A stretch of DNA of 61,395 nt, the filler included, from Sphacelaria rigidula (Eukaryota), in assembly GCA_964200075.2 (NCBI GenBank). It is 5 parts of 5 records of this genome, joined end to end, with 100 filler letters (N's around TTAATTAATTAA, not from the genome) between each part and the next. Parts side by side here need not be neighbours in the genome. Positions count along the whole stretch, not along the records: positions 49,198 to 61,395 come from CAXNAA020004014.1; 4 more parts are not named here. One strand, written 5' to 3'. The notes under the pieces were generated by a model. That model saw only the letters and a program-made list of their open reading frames with translations, ran no database searches and was not told the DNA's origin. Numbering within the stretch: position 1 is the stretch's first letter; every line of letters begins with the position of its first letter. A program made the translations under genes and the position numbers. Positions 50,373-61,395 of this stretch are shown piece by piece.

Positions 50373-53300
50373 TGGATCGAATGAGATAAACAGTAACCGT
50401 TACGGTAAGCTAAGGAACGAACAAAGCAAAGCTCCACCGATTATCAAGGACTAGACAAGACTACGAACACACTGATGTCGAGGTACCCACCCTCCAGCTC
50501 ATCAGATATACGCTCTTAAACCAAGCACAAAAACTAGGGGCAAGTGCCCCGAATTAGAGATCCCCATGGGTTTCTTGTTGCGAGGTGCAGAGGGCGGGGG
50601 TTGAATGGCGTGGGGACTCGGGTCTAGGGAAATGGGGGCGGAGAAGGGAGAGAGGAGAAGGCGGAAGACCAAGCCATGCAACGTGCTTCAGTAGTAAGGA
50701 CTAAGATCAGCAAGGATCTTTTCACTACAGGAGGTATTTTACACTTTCGACGTGCTTCGCGACGTGGTCAAGTGGAACATGACGAAACACAAGACAACAA
50801 GCCAACACATGTTACTGTTGACACACTGGGGATCATCGTGGGATGTGACCGGCTACATACATTCACTTTACAGGAAACGTGAAATTTACGGAAGAGGAGG
50901 GGGGTGCGTGCGTGTGTGTACCCAAACAAATGATATTCGACTGGTCGCTGCGTGTGCCACAGCGTTTTCTCCTCTCTGCGAACGTCCATCATCACGAATA
51001 AAGCAGCGGAGAAAACAAGAAAAAAAAAAAACGAAATACCAGGGGTCAGACAGAAGGCATACCTGAAGACGCGGGTAGTAGACTAGGAAAACAAATCGCA
51101 TGCGCTCCCAGAAAAGCTGAAACTGCTCGGGCTCCGACTCAACTAAATTAAGACCACGTGTAACCCGTGCCGGCTTTTTATCGACCACGGTACAGTGTAC
51201 GAATGAATCTGAAGCCGCTAGATCGTCCGGACAACAACTTGTACTTTTCCTACACGAGCAGCAGTCACCTCGTTCCGGCTGTCGACTAACATCAACAGTT
51301 GATATGTCAACAGAACTACATCTCACCAGAGCTGTCGTAGACTAGAGAAGGTGAACGAGTAGGCATCATCATCATTCCTGGCATTGTTATGCCCAATGCC
51401 TGTGCGGCGGCACCTGCTCAACAAATACCGTGACGAATGATTTCGATGCGTTCGGAGGGGGGGAAAGCATTCATGTAGATGAGCCAAGGAAGCGAACCAT
51501 CCCCCTGGAGCAGGAATCATTTCTCAGTCGTTTTCTGACGAACAACGGCCCGGAAACATGCACCACATCACGAACGGACGATCCGGTTAGGAACAGGCGG
51601 ACAAAAAGAAGCACTGGAGATAATTTCTCATGCATCTTCGTGTCCGATTTGCAGAGTGCGTAACTTGAAGATAACGCAACGAAGGAACCATCACAACGAA
51701 CGGTACATGTGATCGTCACGGTACCGTCGGTAACCACTGAACGTAGATGGAACGCTTGGCAAGTACAGTTCGCCCCTGTTTGACAGGATGGGTGCAAAGA
51801 TATGTGTGTACTCGTATTACCACCTGTTACGTTAGAACAAAAGGTAAGGGAAGTTCGAAAGTGCACAAGGGGTCTGCACATCGACTTGCTCGTTCTTTTA
51901 CGTGAGAAAATGGAGCGGCATTGATCCGACTTTGCCCGCCCATGGGGGGAACCAGAACGGGGTGGAAAATACAGACCCTGCTTAATTTCACGGACTTTTG
52001 AATTTCGACGTAATCAGGGAACCCGTTTCTGCGACGACTTTGGAGTCAGAGGGTCCACAATACTGTACTGTGCAGACAGATACAACTGTCGCGGGTCTGA
52101 TCCGCTGAAGGAGTACAAGTAATGGAATCTTCCCAGTGTAATGCAGGGTCCTCGCATAGTGCGGTCAAGTCCGCCGGAGACCTATCGGTAATGCTGCGAC
52201 TCTCGCTGCGTTTGAAATAATCAAGTAGTCTACGCAAACCGGTGAAGCGCCATCGAGGACACAATAATCCAGGTACAGCACAGGATCGCGACCACTGACG
52301 ACTCATGGTAGGTAAATATACTACCGTACTGTCTGTAAGGCAGTCGGTGACGAAAGCTGCTCGCGTTATACTTTTCAATCAACACCAGACCCCAACATAA
52401 ATCCCCCCGTGACACATGCGCCCCTTGCCTTGCTCGACACCACAGCGATACGCTGAACTCGGTAGAATGGCACCTTGGTCGATGTAAAAAAATCGACAAC
52501 CTACTTCATGTTGGACTCATCTGACCACTTGGACCGCTGGTCCTCGGGGACAAGCGTCCGAATGCCACGAATATTATCCTTCATTTCCGAATACTGGATC
52601 ATCCGTCATGAAGTTTTGATGGGTGAAAAATGATTTGTTGGTGAGAGCGGTTACTTGTGATACATCGAAACCTTTTCTTGTCGCGAGCTGATTATTGTGT
52701 TAAAATAAAACAAAACTAATAAATAAGTAAACAAGGTAAACAAAAATACCACGCGGAAAACATTTTGATCTGGACGGCGAAACGACGGTATGCAACACGA
52801 ACTTTGGCGACATGCTTACTCGACTTGGACGTGAGATGGTGTGATACAGACGGTTCTTTATCGCTGTAAAAATACAAACCCGAACTTTGAGATCGCTTCA
52901 GTCGGAACCAGACTCCCGCGGACAGTTCCACGAACCGAAGAAACCAAAAAAAATGTTTTCAGAAAAGGGGCGAAAGACAGGCCAGCAGGGGGTGAGGCGC
53001 GGCGGGTTTTTATCTGGCTCTGGTTGCATTTGCCGCCGAGCGATGTCGGAACTTCTCCCGGGGATTGAAGGACGCACAGCACGGTTGTGCAGATGAACTA
53101 CGGACTGGTGTTGAGATACATCCGTTTGGCGTTTGGTGTGCATGGGGGGGAGGGAAGGGGGGAGGGAAGGGGGCAAGCCCGCGGGGTGGCCGGGACGGTT
53201 GCCTTGCATGTACCGAAAGGTGGTCTGCACATGACGCAAGTGCGTGAAACTGACAAAAATACGAAGAAATCTCCTATACAATGAGTAATACAGAACAGCA

Positions 53301-53556
53301 GTGGGACTCGCAATTCAAGGGTGGGGTAACGGCCAAGACGACACCACACCACACCGTTTTACAGAACAGTATAACGTGTCGGTCTATAGATAAAATAAGT
53401 ACAGAATACATTTCATTGCAACTTAGTACCGTCCCAGTAAACAAAGATTATGCACATTTTTTTTACGGCATGAACAGACCAGTGCGCAAGAGCACGGCGA
53501 CTGCAAAGCCAGTGTGAAATTCGCATGACGCCTCGAGGAGACGGCATGGCAAAAAT

Positions 53557-54090
53557 CTAGCCTTGTTTGGAGCAACGCTTGGACACATGTTCATTGTCGA
53601 TCGGTACGACTGCAGTAAAAGCAGAAGATTCCGCCCAATAATACCAAGGAAACCGCGACCAAATACCCCGTACAACTTTTTGCTTATGAGTACCGTTCGC
53701 TGCAACGATGCTCACCATACGCGACACACACTGCACCGGTCCCGAGATATCATTAAGGACAACCCTCGAGATACTATGCCGGCGTAGGGCCCCCTGGCCG
53801 CCTGCAAACATCGCTGCACGAACAAGGAGCCCTCCCCCGTCTTGCTTGATTTTCCTAATCCTTCGCGCCATGCTCCCACCCGGCCTGCTCTCCATCTCAC
53901 CTTGACTGATGTGTTGCGCAACCTCCGCCCGTCTATAGACCACATCACAATCGCTTTCCGACATGCCCATGACAAAGCCATCTTCGTCCTCCGCAAGGTC
54001 GTCTTGTGGGGTGCGGCGCGGCGGCGGAGGAGGGGCAGAGGCTCCACTCTTCGACAAACCTCCCCCTGAGTTGTTACTGTGGTGGCTCAT
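53557..54090 (-). pseudogene. Candidate first exon (MSHHSNNSGGG...) of a decayed gene whose remnants may extend to ~51100
   Basis: ATG after an AC-rich leader; low-complexity Gly/Pro/acidic N-terminus; then hydrophobic/aromatic WSRFPWYYWAE; downstream frames broken by many stops. Confidence 0.35.
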
Positions 54091-57000
54091 GGTGTTCTTT
54101 GTTGTTTGTTGAGGACCGGGGGGTGTTGTTGGCCTTCGAGGGGTGCTCTGGGTGGAGTTGCTCGGGCTGCTGTGCTGCTTCAGCAGAAAAATCACTCAAC
54201 ACTTTCAACAATTTTTGTACAATGTCCCGTTCAGAAGCTGGGTAGCATTACCGGCCCAATCGTTCGACTACTTTGCAGCAAAGCTTGTTGTTCTGACTAG
54301 AAATAGTTGTCGACGTTGTGGTTGGGTGTGTCGGTGAGCTTGATGCTCGGTCACTTCTGGAAGAGGGTAGGTGGTTCGTCGTGAGAGCCTTTTTCCAGTG
54401 GGGTCACCCGAGCGATCGACCGACGCTCTTCTCTTATCGTTGCGCGGTTTCCTGGTAGAACCATTCTCTGGAACGTTTCCCGCACATCAAACAACTTGGT
54501 TTGAAAAAATGACTTGATTTTACTATCTGTCCCCCGAAAGCAAACGCTGAAACTCTGAATTCCAATATTGAAAATGTTCTTCTCTAACCCGCGGCCAGAA
54601 AACTGACGTGGCATTTCCAAAAATAAATGCAAACACACATATATATATATATATATTGAGTATACTACACCACCCGAGCAGTTGCAACGATGGTACGCCG
54701 TACATTTTGCATGTAAAAATTGTAAGTACTGTGTAATGAGTCGACAATGGTGCTACTACTACACACTTACAAATTAATAAAATTCCTTGAACATACGGAG
54801 GCGTACTTTTGTAACCGTTCGTTGATTTATTTTATGGCGGACTTTGCGGTGCAACCTTCAATCGATCACACATCGTGTACTGTACCTATTACACAGCCAC
54901 AAGGATGCCTTGGTATCTCGACCACTATGCTTGCAATACTGACTGAACTAGTGGACTGCAAAGCCGAAAGGCACATTATAGTAAAGACGTGGCTTGTTCT
55001 TGTTTTTTATCAGCTGTAAAAATTATTTTGTTTGGCTAATGCCGACACCCGCTGCGTTTTCCCTGGACGTATTTGGTCGGCTGATCTGCCTCGTGTGCTT
55101 TCTTCGGGTTCTCTTGGGCGCCAACATCATCAGTCACCCCAACCGAAAGCATAATGCAAAGATTCTGGGAAGTGGGGTTGACATCAAAATGAGGTTCAAC
55201 TCAAAAACACTGTTATCCCTTATTATCTAAAATCATGACAAATGACCTCCATGTAGGGGCAATTTCATACCCCCCTCCCCCCGCCCCAACCTCCCTAAAA
55301 CTTTTGGGGGGGATCTCCCGTCTTCCGACCTCCCAGAGGATATTATGTGAAAGCACGAATTTGGCGGGTTACAAGGCGTCCTTTCTTTCACCCCGAAATC
55401 GAGGCAGAAATGTGTTTTTTTTTTCACATAGCCCTGTTTGGGGGAACGGAAGAAGACTGAAAACCCCCCAAAATAATTTTGGAAGGTCGGCATGGTCGGC
55501 GAGGATGAGGTCGTCCATATGAAAGTCAGCTGTCATGACGTCAGGTCGGGGAAAGCATTGTTTTGGAGCAGGGAGGTTAACCTCATTTTTACATTCAACC
55601 CCATTTTTCTCAGGATCATCTTCTGTATCACGACGAAACGTCGTTGTGAGCGCCCGAAACCCGTCTGAAGTTTTGCTGACTGGCTATCATGTTGCTCAGT
55701 ACGTTTGACAGGGCGGAACTCACGAATATAGACAGCGAAGGTCTAGAACTATATTTCCGCTCCAGCCAGGAGCAGCCCCAAGCACAACAAATAATACACA
55801 CACCGGTTCATCTCTGGGCGATAAAACCCTTTGGCAGCGGATTTACGGGAATAGTGCTATGGGGGGCGCACACTCCCGCAAATAACTTTCGTTACATGTC
55901 GCTTTGGAATCCACCTTCTTCGTTTTGGATAGCATCGGTAGGACAGCCACGGGAAACCCTAGCATCAGCTCTCGAACAATCGGAAGGACAAGAAAAAAAT
56001 CACGAAAAGCGCCAGAGTCATCCTCACTTTTCGTGCGGGCTGAATAACGCAAACCAAATACGGCCAATTTCGGACCGACTGATTTTTTAGCGGCCGTTCG
56101 ACCTAATAATGAGTCAAACACCAACTAACTGTCGAAAACATCAAATAAGGCGCCAAAGAATGCAACGAAAGAAAGTGTCAAACATAATAACCACCAGCGC
56201 ACTTATGGGACGGCGTAAGCACTACTACTACTGCCTTACTTCTCAGTACAACAAAATAGGAGCAGGTGATATCTCAGCAGTAAATGTGCTCATGATTATT
56301 TTTTTTTCGTCATCCTCTCTACATATCTACCCTCCCTTGGATCGAGTCGGTGGTCTCAATAGATCAACTCAATTCCTCCCTGGTACACGCCTTGCATTTT
56401 GGTCTCGCGGATTGGATCATGACCACCAGCACTTCCGCACCGCGTCGACTCTCGTCAAACACACTCATGTCAACCCTTCCTGCTGCTCCCGTGCGTCCTC
56501 ATGCTGGTAACGACGGAAATCAGATATCTCATCGTTGTTGTCTTCACAATAAAAACCTTTCACCCTTCCGATATATCTGCACAGTACTCCGTACTGGGCA
56601 TTAGATACGGACGCCTACCGTGGTCACAGGCTAACGATACCCAACATGATTATGAGGTATAGTAGTGAAGACGAATAAAAACAAAGTAGGACCCGAGAAA
56701 ATTCACAAAGACGTGGTACGAAATAAAATAAAATAAAATAAAATATATCGGTGACCTCGTCGCATCCGGCGGAAATTGAACTCCAGTTACTCCCCCCCTA
56801 GTAGTGTCCGTTGTACCATTGCATCACCGGGGCGCGGCATCAAATGAAGGTACGGAGACATCGGCGAGCACCGCAGAATGTTGGATCAAGACAAACAGAA
56901 AAAACATGCGCGCAGCCTTAAAACCTCTCAACCATCATAGAGAACACGCCTACTGTGTGAAACGTTTACTCGTGCAACACTCCTGCCGAGTCGCATGTCC

Positions 57001-57256
57001 CCATTCCAATATTACACATTCGAACACCAGCAACAAAGACAAGGCATGTGAACCATAGTTGGGCTGGGCGGCGACATCCACAAAGCACTTTTTGCCGTAA
57101 CACCGACATTTCAAATAAGCAATAAACAAAAACCCCACCCCTGTTACCGCACCCGCAGCGTTCATAACCAATAAATAATAAACACATGGCGTACGTAAAC
57201 AACGAGGAGGACGTGCTTCCATGCTCGCACGCAGAAAACACCGCCACTGTCGGAAA

Positions 57257-59552
57257 TAGAGGTGGGCGCCGGACACCAAAAACAAAAAACGGGTTACCGG
57301 ATAAGAGGCGTTATTCTCAAAAACGAAAACCGGTTTGAACCGGTTTTTCCTCAGCAGGTTTAAGCGGTTCACCGGAAAACCGGTTTGACCCGATGAGCGA
57401 GGGAAAACGCCTCCAGATCGTTGAAGCGCAGGTGAATTAGGGTCTGTTGTCGTGTGTTTCGTGTATGGTGGGTGATGGATACGCTTAAACACACCCACTG
57501 CCAGTAACGGCAAGGTTCAATCTCACACCTTCCCACCCGTGGAAACCTGTCGAACTTACAGCACAGTGGCTGGTGATGACGATTTTAATGGGTGATAGGA
57601 AATGTTGTTGATTACTTGAACAGCTGCTGCTCAAATCTGGCATCTAACCCTCGCCAACACAGGGTGTCAAAAGGAAAAACTGTAGTAGTAGGCGCCCTAA
57701 CTGTTCATTTTGTAATTTTTTCATAATTGGCAATTTTCTTAGATCTTTCGTTTGCCACCGCTCATCACATTGGGGATCTGAGGACACTTGTATCCGCTCC
57801 ACATTACAAGGGGAAAAAAAGCATCTGCACTCAATATTGAGCGACGCACGGGCTTACCGGTCATCGTGGGTCCTGCCCCTTTTCAGCCCAGATTCCAACC
57901 CTTCGGTATTTTCGGTCGATCGAGCCTGTTCCAATCGTATTTGTGAAGAAACATACCGGCTTATTCTTTCGAGATTCCACCTTCTAATTACGCTGGAGCC
58001 GAAAAACTGTATTTCATCGTCAATAAAAGCCTCCTGATGAACGGGATATCTACTCCTATCGCCTGATAACACCGACCAACACTAACTTCGGCACTGTGTT
58101 TTGCGGACGATCTGCTTATTTCACCAAAACCTCTCCAACGCTAGCACTTTCGAGAAAAAATCCAAAACAACCCTGAACTGTTCAGGGGCGCCCAGCACTG
58201 TATGCGCCCCACACCCCGCCCGCCCTTGCGACCCCTACGACTTACGGTCAATCCTTGATTACATGACACGAGGAAAATCATCAGCCACCTTCGACGATTC
58301 CTACCGTCACCGGGAGTCTTGCGACCTCCACATTGGCAACACCAGTGGGGGCTGAAAAAAAATCGTGTAATACCCACACGACAAACATATGTCTGAAAAA
58401 AAAACGCGTATCAAATCAAAACAAGTTGAACAATACGCGCTAACATGACTCGCCGTCTCAAAAATGCGGGAAAAAGACAAGATTACAAGGCGAGCCGAAA
58501 AAACAAAATCGTGTCATACCTACACGACTGACAATAACATCGGAACAGATCTCACGATCGAATACAGGTCGACGGTGAAGAGAGACTTGGTCTTTGAATC
58601 AAGCTCTTATCAGCATAAGGGGAACTTGCTGACAAGGATTACCGCAAAAGCTCTTTCAACTCCGAGAAAAATGCTCGGAAAAAAAAGAAGCACGTTTTTA
58701 CCACCGCTGTCTCCGATATCAACCTCTCTCTGGTTACCTAATATTACCACGCGGCCACCATAGCTCCTCTCCTCTGCAAGTCAGGACCGGACCTCATGGG
58801 AACAGACCGTGGGATACGGTAATCTATGCAGATCGTTCAATTGATCACCGAACGAGACTTGCACGAGATTTCAAGGGAAACGAATTATTTTTCATTTTTC
58901 TACACGAGGCCTGTAGGAGAACGTCAATAAAACGTATTGGTTAGTGTTTCTCAACACCCAGTATAGAGGATATTACGCGTTCGACTACAGGCCACTATAA
59001 AAATATCTCAGACAGTTAGACCCCAAAAAATTATCATTCTCCCGAATGCCCGCCACAAGCCTTCACAGATGAACTCGAAGGGTATCAAGGGGGGGGGAGT
59101 GATGTGGCGATCGCCATTTTGGCATGTGCGGAGAGATTTCCTTTTGTGACGTGTAACCTAGCGAACGACTCTTACAGGGGTACTGTAGTTCCCGAGAGCC
59201 CCGAAGCTCCCATATCTGTACAGCCGGATCTGGGACCCCAAGGCAACAGGGATATTTCCAGCGAACTGCTGACTGTCCCTGGGGGACACTTCTGCTTCTT
59301 CTTCGGGCTAACTCGCTCGCGCTCGTCGAGCTTCCCCGAGTGATCGACTTGCCTGCACCCCACGATTTACGCTTAATCCTTGACTACATAACGCGAGGAA
59401 AATCATCGGCCACCTTCGACGGTTCCTACCGTCACCGGGAGTCTCACGACCTCCACACTCCGTTTTTTTATTCCAGATCTATAACCGGTAAACGTCTATT
59501 GGGTTTCCAAGAACCGGTTATAGCCGGGGTTTTTTACAGGTGCCCACCTTCA
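57257..59552. mobile_element. Non-autonomous hAT-like element (~2.3 kb)
   Basis: TIR TAGAGGTGGGCGCC / GGTGCCCACCTTCA; subterminal AACCGG(TT) repeats at both ends; flanks GTCGGAAA (57249-57256) and GTCGAGAA (59553-59560), a 6/8 match consistent with an aged 8-bp TSD. Confidence 0.7.
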
Positions 59553-61395
59553 GTCGAGAACACGCTCCATTCCGCCGAGATACGCCTTGCCCATCATGGA
59601 AAGATCTCGGGAAAATCTTGACCAAATCTGTTCCAACGTGTCAGCCGCCTTCAGCACGACCGTAATCCTCACCCTGCAGCGCAAGCAACACTTCGAAATA
59701 GCGCAACACTACTAAGCTAATCACAACACCACCCCACGCCGAACCACGATATATAAAATACGCGTAGACAAGGATAAACAAATTATTTGGCAAGAGAGAC
59801 ACTGACCGGCTGGTACCGTACGGTTCAAGGCTGCTTCTAGAAGGTCCTTGGGCTGGCGCAAAAAAAAAAATGAAAATGAATTGACTACCGTATTCGAAAA
59901 TTGTATACATCGACGATGACTACCCTGCACACAGTGACGTACGTACATATCGCAAACCCATGATTCTAGGAATCCCCACCGTATAGAACCCTAGTCCTGT
60001 GTATTACTAGCATTATCGACATGTCGAACCGGTACCATACTTTGCATGGCATCGGGAATCGGCAGCCATATCACCTGTCTGTTGTTACCGGCTATACCAT
60101 GCAATATACACTGGAAGTTGCGTATCGCTCAGTACCCCGCCCCCCACCCCCCCCTGCCTCGTGAATATATTCAAGAAGATGACGAAGAACTACCAGTAGA
60201 TCAGTGTCAAGGTCTCTGCAACTAGCTGCATCAGCTGGCGCAGCAATCCAATGAACGCATCTAACTCCTCAGGCGAGCGAATCATTCTGAACTCCTTCTA
60301 TTCGACGCGGTGTGGTCTCCAGGCAACTCCACAACTCGGTCGCCTTGCCCTTCCTCTTGATGACCGCATCATCAGTTCGATATTTCTGATTCGCGGCCAA
60401 CTCGTGTAAATATGTCGAAAACAGTGTGCATCCTTGATCCAGGTCCCGTTACATACTATCGTCACGCGAACCACCTCCACTTTCAGAGGCCTGACGGCGG
60501 CTGGCAACCTACCTAGTCAGGTTTACAATACTCCCCTCCCCTCTCGCCAAATTTGGACTTTGACTGAAAAATTAGGGTGTCGCGCAATTTTCCATGTACA
60601 CTGTTTCACGTTCATGTTACCCCCTGATAAAAAGGTCATTTTTTTAATCGAAAGTAATCCAAATCGGGCCTGCGCCTCGCCTGGCGCCCAAAGCCTTTAC
60701 CATCGATATCATCTTCGTGATAATATCACGATAACATAGTCCGTCTCCGACCGATTTCACCTTCCTACAAGAGAAGAGAAGTCGCCGCAAAACGGTATCT
60801 TTCTACACTGCAGTATATACATTCACTGCCCGCTTCGCTACAGATGTGAGCCAGCCAATGGAAAAAACGCAGGGCCTGATTCTACCTTGGCCCAATAGCT
60901 GCCAACGTATATTGTCACTCGCATATTATTTCCATCTGTTTGATGCTCTAACTGGAAACCAATAGCTGCCCACACGTACTGTTCAACACGTCTTCAAAAG
61001 TGTGTCATTCTCCACCGTGAGGTCTCTCTGTAGAGACTCGTTGGTTCCCGAAAACGAAGTGGCCTGTCAACATCCAAACACCATTTGCTTTCGATCGACA
61101 CCATTCATTGGCAAGCCCGAAAAATGAATTCCACACAAGAACGTATACGTATTTATAGCTCGTGACTGTTTGGGGGTCGATCAGGGGCCTCAAGCTGTTC
61201 CCCACATGAAGTTCAACCAGCCAAAGCCTTGCCCTTTGTCCACCTTTTTTTGCTGCCATCATTTTCCAGTGCTCCGCGCCTCACTCTCTTCTTCGAGCTT
61301 GGTCATCACTACTGGCGTTGCCATACGTAGCCGCCCGGCTCACGAAGCCCTGGCGGATATTTTGGACACCAAAGATAAGGGGGGGGGGGGGGGCG

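Noticed and set aside
58270..58300. Hammerhead ribozyme core (CTGATGA on the minus strand) in the duplicated segment
   Set aside because: No stem II followed by GAAA, and the motif is altered in the second copy.

Overview
Eukaryotic, intron-rich, repeat-dense DNA, most consistent with a brown alga (Phaeophyceae, Ectocarpus-like); this is inferred from gene and repeat types, not from a search. The window is not one locus. It is five contigs of 12,200, 12,199, 12,199, 12,199 and 12,198 bp joined by identical artificial N44-TTAATTAATTAA-N44 linkers, so adjacency across linkers is meaningless. Two spliced genes are well supported: a three-exon ankyrin-repeat gene (3644-7044, +, with a probable GC-AG intron) and the 5' part of a secreted protein built from exon-encoded galactose-binding/discoidin-like modules (32473-36580, +, truncated by the contig end). 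The rest is mostly non-autonomous mobile DNA (hAT-like elements with 8-bp TSDs, piggyBac-like TTAA MITEs, foldback MITEs, tRNA-derived SINEs) and decayed ORF remnants. The most unusual pattern is five unrelated tandem arrays that all have a 41-44 bp period, three with a palindromic core in each unit. No CRISPR array, rRNA or intact tRNA is supported, and I cannot claim a complete novel system from sequence alone.
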